A stretch of 64,000 bases of DNA from Cycas panzhihuaensis (taxonomy: Eukaryota > Plantae > Cycadophyta). The position numbers and the translations under genes were made by a program. The DNA lies in NCBI GenBank assembly GCA_023213395.1, contig CM041465.1, forward strand, positions 131,199,741 through 131,263,740, written 5' to 3'. Of this stretch, positions 10,901 through 23,554 are shown one piece after another (positions within the stretch are counted from its first letter, which is position 1; the number at the start of each line of letters is the position of its first letter). The notes beneath the pieces are model-generated. The model made no database searches. It was not told the origin of the DNA and worked only from the letters and a program-made list of their open reading frames with translations.

Positions 10901-13900
10901 AGTATGTAGAGCCAAAAATTTTAAAGTAGTAAATAATGGGGGCTTGTCCTAACCACTTTTCATTAGGTGATTATACTTCATTTGATGGCCTAATAGCATT
11001 AATATAATAAACAGTTATCCAAATTACTTTAGCCCATAAATAAGCAGGTACATTTTTGTATATTAACATAGTATAAGCCATGTTCATGATTGTCCTATTC
11101 ATGCGTTCGGTAACTCTATTTTATTGTGGGATACGTACTATTGTTATTTGATGCTTGATGCCATTATCTTGAAGGTAGGTTTCAAACTTATGTGAGGTAT
11201 ATTCGCCACCATTATCAATTCGAAGACATTTAAGTTGATAACCTGACTCTTTTTCAGTGAGGGATTTGAATTCCTTGAATATATGGAATGTTTCACCTTT
11301 CTTATATAGAAAATCTACCCATACTTTTCTAGTGAAATCATCAGTGAAAGAGATGTAATATAGCTTGCCCTTCAGTGAAGGAATAGGCATTGACCTGCAT
11401 AAATCAGAGTGTATTAATTGTAATGGATGGCTCAATTTCCACTGACTTTAGGGAAAGGGTTGTCGATGAGATTTGGCAATGATACAAGCTTCACATTTAA
11501 AGGGCTTAGAGGAAAACTTTGGAAGGTTTGGAAGAGTATTAGAAAGATCTCTAAGTCTATGAATATGAACATGGCCTGTGCGAGCATGCCAAAGAGCTTC
11601 TTGTGACAACGTTGGATGGGTCAAGATGGAATTAAATGCAAATTCTTCATCGGCACAAGGGCTTTGGGCACAATGGGCTTCAGAAGATGGAGAGCCATTC
11701 AGTCGAAAGAGTTTGCTAGAGAGATGTCCAAGCAAAACCACATGATTAGTTGGAGGGTAAATGACATAGAGAGTCTGGTCATTTGTGATTACACTCAGAT
11801 CGAATCCACGAGAGACAAGTGTGGATACGGAGAGTAGGTTTTGTTTAAGATTGGGTATGTATAAGATATCAAGCAATGTAAAATCTTCTAAGCATGGGAG
11901 TTTCAGGCAAATGTTGCCAATTCCTTTAACAGGTTGTTGTGATTTATCAACCATGTGAAAAACTCCTTGAATATTTAAGTCAAATGTTTGATATAGACTG
12001 CGATTACATATCATATGTTGAGTTGCTCCTCTGTCCATGATCCACTATCCATCGATTGAAGCCACACTATTGGCAATTCCAATAGGGCTTGGCATTGGTG
12101 AAGGGAATTCACAAGTGATATATCCACACAGAGGTTCAAAGTATCTATTTGGTTGGTCAATGGCATTTGATGTTGAAGATCTCTCAATTCTTTGAATGTG
12201 TGCTTGTATAAAACCTGCACCATTAAAGGATTCTTCAAAAGTTTCTTCAACATTGTGAGCTTCATGTTTTGGTTCGAACTTGGCTAACTTATAAGTGGCA
12301 GTTTTATAATTTTTTGTTAAGTGTCCTTTACAGTTACACTGATCACACATAATAGTTTGATTACTAGTCCCTGAAGAGGTACTAGTTTGACCTAATTATC
12401 TTATTTTTTATTGAGGTGGTCCTTTGCCTAGAGACTATCGAGGTTGTGATTGAGGGTTTGATTGACCTTGTGGATGATTTCTTATATTTCTTCCTTTTCC
12501 TCTTGCTCGGTTATTTTCTCTGCCACGAGAGAGACCTTGAGTTTTTGTGTAGCAAGCTTCTTCTTCTACCTCAAACGTTGCATCTGGAAGAGAGTCAGAG
12601 GCTACAAAGTTTGTATCAAAGGTCTTGTCAAATTCTATGAACTTCTCAGCAAGTGCTTAGAAGTTGATTGTTTTCAATGTTCCACTAGATTGAAGACTTT
12701 CAAGCAAGTTTTTATAATCGGGTACATGTAAACATGACTGGATCAAAAATGCCCAAGTAATGCATTGGGTCTTAAAGTCTTTGTTAATTGCCTATTTGAT
12801 TGGTCAAAGGAGATTTATTATCTCATGAGCCCGTCCCTTCTATATTTTTAATTTATTCATTTTCAAAACAAGATGAACAAATTCTAAATCTAACTTTGTA
12901 TCAAAGTTCTTTTGAGAACTTCTAGGACCTTCCAAGATGTATCATGTTGCTCTTCGTTTATCAAGTTGTGCAATGATTAATCAATGACCAACAAAATTCT
13001 TGCATGAATCTTTTCATCATCTATCTCCCATTGTAGTTTAGTTGCAACATCTATAGAAGTTGTTGGGGCAGATCCACTAGAAGCAGTTTTTGTAGTTGTT
13101 ATTGGTATACTAGGTGTAGGCTACAGGTGGGCTCTCCAAAGGCCTTCATACTTTACAGCATTTTTAATTCTAGTGTACCATAAATCCCAATTTTCTTTGC
13201 CTTTTAATATGCAGTTAATATTTTACTTGAATTGAGATGATATGGTGATGATGAAGAAGTAGAAGAGATGATAGAAGCATGTGTCACTAACACATGTGGC
13301 TAGTACACCTTGCGTAGTAGGGATATAGAAATGATTGTTATGATGAGAAGCAAGCAATGATTAAGTATTTTTCAATAATTATAAAAAAATGAATATAAGC
13401 AATGATGTAAGAATGAAGCCTAATGTAGAGCTGGCAAAGAGTGGTGATGTGTCATATCACTAACCTCTCACTTATGTCTAAATGTAAGTGAGGTTTCGAT
13501 GCCTAAGGCTTCTAGTATACGATTAGGACCTTCATCCGTGATACCTGTACCTGTGCTTGGTGATGAAATTAAAGTCATAGTAGAGCCTAAGTACTCCCAA
13601 TTCTCACCTAGTTCACCAATGAGCAGCTATACCCCTCCTCCGAAGAGTCAAACAGTATTGTGTATCCCATGGCTATGATGGATATTAGACTAGGTTAATT
13701 TTAATCTTGTATTAAGGTTTTTAATTTTCTCGAGTGGTTATCAGGATTATCCCTAATTGGAGGCTATAGGTATGGCTAACCTGTCCCTCCACCACTATTC
13801 TGGTTAAGACCAGACCCAATATGAAACTCATAACTCCCTTAGGGCCTAGACTTTAGCTAGCCTTGGTCTATTTCAACCAAGGCGAGTATGCGCACAAGTC

Positions 13901-15507
13901 AAGAATTGGCGGTATAGATCGTACGGATGAGATTCCTTTTAGGAATAGTATAAGATGTTTCTGTATAATTAAAAATTGAAATGAAAAGTTACCAAATGAG
14001 CTTACTTGCTTTTTGTGCTTGCCTTATTTTTGCTGCTACTTTTGTGATGCTTTATGTTATGTGTGTAAATAGAAAAAGTATGCTAGATTTAGCAGAGGAA
14101 CCAGATGTTGCTTTCGATCCAAGGTTTTCCTTGTTTTAGTATAATGTTTCCAAATATAGTTTTGGAAGTTTCGATACAAAAGCCACAATGGGTTAAAAAT
14201 CGGATCAACTTACCGCTAAAATGATGATTTTTCTAAATCTATATGTATGCTATTTTACCATATTTTATGATTTTTTTAAAAAATTTATAAATATGAAATG
14301 GGCATAATTTTTTTTTTTTAATTATAAATATGAAAGCCTAAATGATGAAATCTAAATTTATGACAGAAGGAAAAAGTACTCAGAATATTATTTTTGATAA
14401 GGTTGTGAAGTTAGATTTCTGAAAAGGTATAAAAAATTCTCTACTCGAAAAAGCAGCAAAGTAAAATCCTTCGAGATCAACTATCTCATAATCTGAACTT
14501 CAATATGTCAAAAGTTACATTTTGATATGTACATTAACTTTTCCTTCTTCACCATCTGTAAAATCTACCAAAAAATTACCTAGAATGCCCTTGCAATGTG
14601 CTTTATGGGGTTGAGTAGGCAAAATCAGTAACCGTGAGAAAACTACATAGATCTCACTAACTAGTAGATGAAATTTAATGAAATTTATCTTAAACTGATC
14701 CTAAGACATAAATCTACTAGATCCCTTAATAAAACTTTCATATTTTTAACTTATAATTAAAGGATTTTATTGGAGAATGTTCTTTAAATCACTTATCTAT
14801 AAATTTTACCCTTTTATCACAGTCAAAACTTACTATTTATGGCTGAATCTAAAGTTTCTCCAAAAGGAAAAAATAATCCTCTAGTCAATATAACCTTGTA
14901 TGACAAATTTCATCAAAATCTGAGATGGTCAATTTTTTTATGAAATTTTAGGCCTTTAATGCTTCTAGGACTGTTATGACAGTTGAACGGCTTCAAAAAT
15001 CTATATTCTTCACCTCTAAATTTCTGTACACATAGATAAAACAACAACATACAAAATACTATAATTTTAAGCTCTCAAGATGTTAAAAAATAATGAATGC
15101 ACTCTCAATACTTCACATTGAAGGTGAATGAGAGACGAAAATGACTCTACAAGTGGAATTGAGTGAATAAATCCCCTTCTAGCTCCGATACCAGATGAAG
15201 GAAGAATGGATCTAGGAGATAAATCACTCGCATATACATAATGGCAATGGAGAATGAAAAAGAAGATGAAACAATATATAAGAGCAAGCTTGGATGTGAG
15301 AATGAATAATGACTCCCTCCTTGAGATTTTGTCTTCTATTATTGAGGGTGAGCATTAGGGTTAGGATTTTCCTACCTAATGACATAAACCTAAAATTACA
15401 TCTAAATGCACATAAAGTATATTTCATTAAGAGACTAATGCTAACAATATATCCTAAGGTCACATAATTAATCTACACAAATGACCTTGATACATTAATT
15501 TCTTTCA
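7923..15507 (-). mobile_element. Full-length but decayed Ty1/copia element B (7.6 kb, 312-bp LTRs)
   Basis: LTRs 7923-8234 and 15196-15507, both TG...CA and 312 bp. PBS (rc) gctccgatacca 15182-15193. PPT (rc) atccccccctt at 8235. Confidence 0.95.
8695..13280 (-). pseudogene. pol: Copia B gag-pol (Gag, zinc knuckle, protease, GAG-pre-integrase, integrase, RT, RNase H), disrupted by stops and frameshifts
   Basis: ORF track shows CDQCNCKGHLTKNY (knuckle), MDRGATQHM (PR), LWHARTGH...CEACIIAK, LIHSDLC...FTDDFTRKVW...RIDNGGEY (INT), IFMDDMLVTG and YRELVGSLIY (RT). Copia domain order. Confidence 0.93.
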
Positions 15508-15512
15508 CTATA

Positions 15513-18500
15513 TTTACTCTAGACAATGATATTGTAGGCTGCTTTTTTGTATGCCAAGCAATCATAACTAAACACCAAAATATGCAATAAATTTGTACTC
15601 ATTGAAAGATATGAACTACAAACCATAATCCAACATTTCAATGTGCTTTCCTAGGATCAGATATAAATCTTAAAGTTAAATTAACTACATAGACTATGTC
15701 AGATTGAGTATTTGTTAGATAAATCAAACTTCCTATCAATTAACGATACTGAGTAAAATTAACCAAAAGAGATCCTTTATTTTTACTCAACTTTAATCCA
15801 ACCTTAACAGGTGTAATACTAATATTACAATCACTTATTTTGAATTTCTTTAAGATGTCGATTACATACTTACTTTGTGATATATGTATGTCTTTATTAC
15901 TTTGCCCCATTTTAATAACAAGAAAATGGTATAGTTGTCCCAAATCAATTATCTCAAATTCTGAATTTATATCTTTCTTAAATTCTTAAGCCAAACCATC
16001 ATTGTTTCTTATATGAATCAAAACATCAATATATAGAGCAACGATCATAATGGAATTACCTATAATCTTTATGTATAAGTTTATATTAGAAGAACTTTTC
16101 TAAAACCCTTTGTCTTAAAAGTACTTATCAATCTTAAAGTACCAAGCTCTAGGAGCTTGCTTCAATCCATGCAATGCTTTCTTCAACTTATAGACTAGAT
16201 TTTCTTTCCCTTGAACTTCAAAACCTTTAAGTTAAGACATATAGATTTTCTCATTAACATGTCTGTTAAGAAATACTAATTTAACTTCCATCTAATAAAT
16301 CAACCAACCCTCATGTGTAGCCAAAGATAGAATACTCCTGATTGTGTCCATCTTAGCTACCAGAGCAAATGTTTTTTCATAATCAATACCTTTTTGTTAC
16401 ACTTGTCCCTTTATAATAAGTCTTATCTTATACTTTTTTATTGAACCATTAGCCTTATATTTGGTTTTAAATACCTATTTTATTCAAATAACCTTTGTAC
16501 CATCTAGTAGCTCAACCAAATCCCATGTTTGGTTCTCATCAAAAGCATCAAATTCAACCTTCATGACATAAACTTAATTTTCATCATTAATTACTTCTGA
16601 AATTATATGAGGATCATCATTTTGCATCACCTATATCATTAATGCATAGTTCACTCTTACTTTCTTCTTTCAAAATTGGTGTCAACCATATCACCTATGT
16701 TGTGACTTCTCACAAACCATTTTGGACCTTGACTTGTACTTGTACTAGGATCTTCACTTGAACTAGGCATACTATGGCTTCTTATAAATACTCTTAGACC
16801 TTGTCCTTGAGTTGTACTAAGACTTAAGCTAGAACTAGTAGTTGAATCTTCCTTTATATACTAAATAGGTTCAATTATAACCTATTTTCCTTTATTCACG
16901 TCAATTTTATATGTAGAATGTTCATAAAATTTGACATCTCTACTCACAAAGAATTTTCTTACAAGTGGGTGATAAGCTTTATGTTCACTAGAGTAGCCTA
17001 TGAAAATAGATTTCGCATTCTTGCTATCTAGTTTCGTTCTTCTTTCAATAGGAAGATAAGCATGTGCTATACAACCATAGACTTTCAAATTACCGACATT
17101 AAGCTTGGATATAGTCCAAGCCTCTTTAATAGTTGAGTTTACTAGGGCCTTAGTTAGACTTTTATTCAATAAATACAACCCAAAATTCATCATGTAATTT
17201 AGCCTTAGGCACTCATCTATCCATTTCTATAACAATCCTTATCATTCTCTTAATGATACCATTTTGCTAGGAGTATAAGGTGTTAATAATTATCCTCTAA
17301 TTCCCACTTCATTCTAAAATTCTTTGAATTTATTAGAAATAAACTCTTCTCCATTATCCGAACACAGGATTTTCAATTTACAACCACTTTATCTCTCAAC
17401 CATAGTTCTAAATTCAATAAATTTCAAGGTCTTTGATTTTTCCTTGAGAAAGTACACATAAATTTTCCTTATATAATCATCTACCAAAATCATAAAAATA
17501 CTTGGCATTACCAATGGATGGCATTTTCATTAGTCCACATAACTCAGTATGTATCAACTCGACAAAATACCTGCATCGATACTTAGAATTTAGAAATGAA
17601 TCTCTATATTGCTTCCCATAAACACAACCTTCACATAAATGTTTGTTTCCTTTAATGAGCCCTCTTCCTGTATTATTCTTTCATAGATTAACAAGACCAT
17701 CCTAATTTAGGTGACCATATCAATGATGTCATAACACACTCTCATCATCAATCGAAGCACTAAGTGACTAAACTTAAGGATAAAAAACTAACTTGAATAA
17801 TCTCTCTTCTGTAATTTTACCTTTGGCAATCAATATGTGATTTATCACCTTATCTCTAATTTCACATTCATTATTATCAAAGATAACTCTATACTTATGT
17901 TCTATCATTTAATCAAAACACATTTGAATATTTTTGTTGTCACCCGAATTTGTTTGAAATGTCACCAATCTTTATCCTTGCACATCCTGAGTACTTTTAT
18001 GACTAAAGGTTGTTGTCCTCTTCTTATCTTCTTCCTTAATCTTCAAAAATAAGTCTCCATTGTAAGATGTGTAAGTAGAACATCTAGAATCTATGTACCA
18101 TTCATCATTCTTTGTTTGAGCACTCAAACTAGTATAAAATAGATTCTCATTCCTAGGCCTCTCTGTAGTTGTATTTACTAAATTATACCTTTTAATATAA
18201 CACTCATTTAAATAATATCCAAAATTTCATAATTGTAGTAGCTCAACACAAACCTCTTTCTCTACCTCTTCCATGAGGAGTATAAGCTCTATTAAGTTTC
18301 TTAAATCTCCCATCAAACATATCATTGAAGCAAATACTTACCTTAAATTCTCATTAGAATTTTGCTTTCTTTTCTATACTATGAGTAGCATGACAAGAAG
18401 TTCATTAATTATAAGTGTAAACAAGTCTCTAGTGACTTCTATGGCTATTGTAACATTCTGAAACTCGTTAATCTCAACTACATACCTTGAAATATTTATT

Positions 18501-18823
18501 ATAACTCTTTGTTATAAGATTTGTTTCCTTAGTGCTTGCATTTGATTCACTAGGTTTTGAATTCTAGTGATAAAATCATTAATTAACTCAAAAGCAAATA
18601 TTCTATGGTTCTCAAAGTTCCTTCTAATTATTTGTAATCTTGCACTTATTGAATTTTCATAAGTAATTTTTTAAATATCCTAAGCTTACTTAATAGTTAT
18701 TCCACTTAGAAGATGAGGTTTCTTCCTCTAAATTTCTATAAATAAACTCAAGTGCAAAAGCATTTTTCATTTTAAATTTTGCTCTATTTTCCTTGATTAG
18801 TAGTCAATTATGTACTAGGTAAA
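15513..18823 (-). pseudogene. pol: Copia A Gag-PR-INT-RT remnant (middle segment)
   Basis: ORFs 15740-15943 (IHISQSKYVIDILKKF) and 16882-17193 (LKVYGCIAHAYLPIERRTKLD...FIGYS). Minus-strand WYIDSRCST near 18080-18100 and AWHTKKQPTISLS near 15520-15560. Confidence 0.85.
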
Positions 18824-21800
18824 TATTGGAATATACAGTATTATTCATATATGATTAATATTTAATGTTCTCCCACATGATTATAATATTGATCAAATTG
18901 GCAAATGCGTAATTGTTAATGGTAACCTCCTATTGGAAGATTAAAAATCTTTGTAATGTGATAAGCTCGTCATGAGATGGATTGTCCTATAAATATGTAC
19001 ATACCCACTTGAAAAACATGAGAGTGGAAGGAGTAACTTTATTATATAATTAATAGAGTGGAGCTAACATGCAACCTTCTCCCATGGCTTTTTTATAGTT
19101 TAGGATTTCTACATTTATAAGATGTCTCATGGTGATTGTGCATGCTCTTATATTTGATCTTATTTTACACAATGTTTGTGTATATATTCTTATGATGATA
19201 TATTTATATTTAACATAACATAGCAATGTTGTTGTGAATCTTGGACCTATGATTGGTTAAGTTTTGTCTTATAGGTGGTATAAGAATATGTTGTCCTTAT
19301 ACCATGATTTAACATTTGGTATCAAAGCTGATAATTGAAGATTCAGGTGTGGAGACCCTATGTGAAATAGGTTGATATTCATGTTAATACAAAGCCTGCA
19401 TATATGAGTTTATCACATGAAATTCTATTATAGGTTGAATGAATATTGAGTAGGAGCACCTAGAGCATATTGGTGTTGGTGTTGTTGGAGCTATGCAATA
19501 AATGTGAGAACTAATATTGAGCCAATGTGAAAATGGTGAAGCTAGTATAAGCCTGTTTAAATACCCTAATAAAGAGGGTTTGATGAGCCAAGGTTATGCA
19601 TATGAGATGTGATCGAATTGGGGCATGTTGAGAGCCACATACAAGCTGTTAAAATTTGCATGTAGATGAGTATTGTAAAAGTTGTATGGTATGACATTTA
19701 TTTATTATTTGCAAACATTTGATTAATATGTTGTGTGCACATTTCTTAATTATGCAGAAGGAGAACCTATTACATATGAAGTATAGTTTGTTAGCTATTG
19801 AAGGATGGAACAGTTGGAGAAGACCAAAATGACATCCATGTTTAACTATCACTACCAGCATGGGAAGAGGTCCTAGGTGAGTTGATAGAATATGATGAAC
19901 ATGAACTAGTTGAATTTAGGTTTATAGGAGGATCCCCTACAAATGTGGTTGAGGCTTTGCGAGATTGATCACCTCACTAAACCTCAAGTTTAGTATCATG
20001 TTACTTGAGTACTAGTGATATCTCTCTTACCTAGATGAAATCTTATTCATTGGTTTATGGATTTTATTCATGTAGAGGTATTTTTACAATAGTATATATC
20101 GTTGAGAGATTTATGGCTACTTAGAGTCGTATATAGTTTTACACTAGGATGATATAGTGAGCTAGTAGTTTGCAGTAAGATGATACAGTGAGCCAGTACT
20201 CAGTGACGTGAAACAAGTGAGAAGCAGCTTTGTGACACTCTTTATAAGTTTGATAGTGAGATGAGGTATGTTGGTAAATATAGTTGTTGTTGTGATATTT
20301 TTTATGCAAATAAGAGGACAGGTGAATTGCTAGATATATGTGAAAGACATACATGATATCATGTTTTACATAATGAAGGTATGGCAGTTGTGATTTAATG
20401 GCATGATGATTAAATATGAGGAATTCTGATGATATAATGTGATTTATGTTGTGAATACAAAGTTCTGCTCTTTGTTAGTCTAGTGATATATTTTTTGGCG
20501 GGCATATTTATCCTGATTGATGATTGATGTAAGCTTGCATGAGGGAATAATATTTACATTGTGATGTCTTTAGTCTAGTTTGACTCTATTTGAGTTGAAT
20601 CCTCATTGCTTTGTCATATTTCATACAATGAAGCACTGTTTAATTTTTTAACTAATTGATGTGTTGAACAGTGGATTGCCATAATGGAGCCATTGCTGAG
20701 GAGCTCATTTGGTCTTGTTTATTCTCTGTTTGATATTATTTATAATTCATTTCCTATGTTTAATGGTCTAGTTGAAACCCTAATTAGATGGAGATAAAAA
20801 GATCACTATGTGATAAGAGATAATTGCATGGCTATATGGAATACATGAGGAAGAGTGCATGGAAGGACATGACTATGGCTACCATATAAACTCTACATGA
20901 GCTAAGTAAAGGTCCCCGCGTGGAAATTTGTGGATCCTATGTAGGAAAGTGATGTCTACGTGGAGAGGAAACTAAAACTAAAAATGGAGTATATATATCT
21001 ATGGTAACCAATGTGAAAAATAAGGAATAGAGGCTTCTGTTTGAAACCATCTGTAGTAAATGAAGGCACGCCCACCTAGCCATGGGGTTTACGATTGAGA
21101 GGAATTCTTGTTGTAGACAATAATTGCAACTATCTGCAAGGCTAAATTACCCATGCTATGGCTTTAAAAGAACCCGTAAAAATAGAGTTGCACCCATTGA
21201 AAATGGAGATAAAATGTAGAAGGAAGATATGCCCGCTGTGAAGAGATTAGAATTACTGCCATGGAGATGATGTTGTCTACCCACAATAATAGAGGAAGGA
21301 GCCTTAGAAACTCTACTCATATGTCCATGGAGATGACGCCCATATAGAGAACTAGCCACAAAGAGGGAGATTTAATTGTTGCCATAAAGAAGACAAGTCA
21401 GTCTGTCTATAATAAAATGATGCTCAATTGATGGACACAACTCTACATGAATACAAAAAGAGAGGAGCAGATCTATGCTTAGGCATGAAAGGATTGATCC
21501 ATCGAATACCTATAGGAGGAAGAATGGCCACTCATGCCTTTGGAAATCTAGTCAAATAAATGCAAATGATCATTGTAGAAGATTTAAAGATATTTGCAAA
21601 CTGATTTCAATCGATTTGTTTGATTTTTCACACCTTATTCATTGTTTGTCGATCACGTGGAGGAGGAGAATTTGATCTTTTTTTCGATATCTAGAGGAGA
21701 ACCTCTAGCCACCCTTGGTACAAAGTTTCGAAGGAAGGGGGACCTATGGGATCTAGGTTTTCGTACTGCCTTTATACTGACTATGCTTGAAGTTTATACT

Positions 21801-22807
21801 GCCATCATACAGCTGGCACACACTCAATAGACTTTGATCGGACTACTTTCTTTGTAATAGCATATGTTGGTCAGACTACTTCCTTGTGAAGTGACTTGCA
21901 CTCATGGGTTTTAAACTTGGGTATCTCCTTGGTAATTGCCACATCTTACCAATCCACCCAACCCCATAAGGCTTAAGAAGAACTTTATCTTATCATCAAA
22001 AAAATTTGTAAATGTTGGATGTAATTTAATCAGATGTAATAGTTGATTAGAGTCCATGGAGGCCCTTATGATGATAGTAAGTGGTTACATGCATTGATTT
22101 ACGTGACCAAGAATTCTAGCAAAGGGGGCTAATATATTTTTTTAAGCCATGTTCATTTTTACACAACATATTGTTACTCTTCTGACCATAAATTTTCACT
22201 GAAATGTTGCATCAAATATATTTATTACCTTGTAGATGATGTAAAATCCAACATAGATATAATGTCAAACCTGAAGACTTATAGATTGCCAATATATAAT
22301 ATTAAGAGGGAGATTATTAGAATATGTGATGTTATTCACATATGGTTAATGTTTAATATCTTTCCACATGATTATAATATTAGTCAAAGTGGCAAAAGTG
22401 CAATTATTAATAGGAACCTCTTATTGGAAGGTTAAAAGACTTTGTAATGTGATAGGCTCATCATAAGATGGATTATCCTATAAATGTGTACACACATATT
22501 TAATAAACATGAAAGTAAAAGGAAAAACTTTATTATGTGATTAATGGAGTCGAGCTAACCTTCAACCTTCTCTCGTAGTTTTTTCCTAGTTTGGGTTTTT
22601 CATATTCATATCTAGTGTCTTGTGGTGATTATGTATGTTCTTATATTTGATCTTATTCTATATAATATTTGTATACATATTCTTATGATGATATATTTAT
22701 GTTGAACATGGCATAACAATGTTGTTGTGAATCCTAGACATGTGCTTGGTTAAGTTTTGTCTTACATATGGTATGAGAGCATGTTATCCATGTACCATGA
22801 TTTAATA
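18824..22807 (+). mobile_element. Non-autonomous or internally decayed LTR element C (4.0 kb, ~490-bp LTRs) inserted in copia A gag
   Basis: LTRs 18824-19314 and 22315-22807. PBS tggtatcaaagc at 19317. PPT aagagggag ~22304-22312. Decayed TSD gtaaa/atgaa (transitions only). Copia A gag resumes after it. Confidence 0.85.
21678..21973 (-). mobile_element. tRNA-derived SINE, copy 2 (inside element C)
   Basis: Colinear with 3721-4022 over ~295 bp. T7 tail. Decayed TSD ggaggagaatttgatc / taagaagaactttatc (11/16 matches). Confidence 0.85.
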
Positions 22808-22812
22808 ATGAA

Positions 22813-22935
22813 GTTGGAATTAGAAGAGTAAAACCATTTGATACTATATCCAACAAACCTATAATAATAAATGAAATTTGTATTTTCCTAGACCATATTA
22901 AATAGTTCTTTCTATTGAGTTGGAGGACAATAGAG
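22813..22935 (-). pseudogene. gag: Copia A Gag N-terminus
   Basis: The minus strand reads VLQLNRKNYLIWSRKIQISFIIIGLLDIVSNGF, a typical copia Gag start (LxxxNYxxWxxxM...GLWDxVxxG). Confidence 0.7.
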
Positions 22936-23554
22936 TATTGGGTGTGAAGACATTTTATTGATCAAATGAATAATCAAGAGTGCAAAATTTATTATAAATA
23001 CAAACAAGATAGGCCACACAATCACACAAATAAGTCAACAAGATGATAGTAACCATGTCCCTAATTTTAAGACTTCCTTCTACCCCATAGTCCTTTATAA
23101 AACTCAATATATAAATTATAATATTTTTTTTTAATACTTTACAGTAACCTTCTAAGATTCAAAATTTAGTTGTCCTAGAGTCAACAAATAGGTAGAAATA
23201 TAATGTAGAAGTTATAAACAAAAATTTTATCTAGTTATCATATAGAGATTTGGTATAAAAACTTAAATTTGGACTAAAATTTCTCTATGAAATAGCATTA
23301 AAATATATCAAGTCATATACCAAAACGACTATCTCTAAGTCAGGACACCAACAATTTAAACAATTTAAAAAGCTAACTCCTAGAACTCAAGATATTAAAG
23401 GAAATGCATGAGCGCCTTTTTATGAAAAATTAAATTAAAAAGAAAAAAAAAAGGTTTAAGGTTTTACCCCCTTGAGCATTTAGTCGTTGGTCATATCAAA
23501 GTTGCATGTGATTGAGAGCTTATCTGGTAGGAGGCTAGTGAACTTTAAAGAAAT

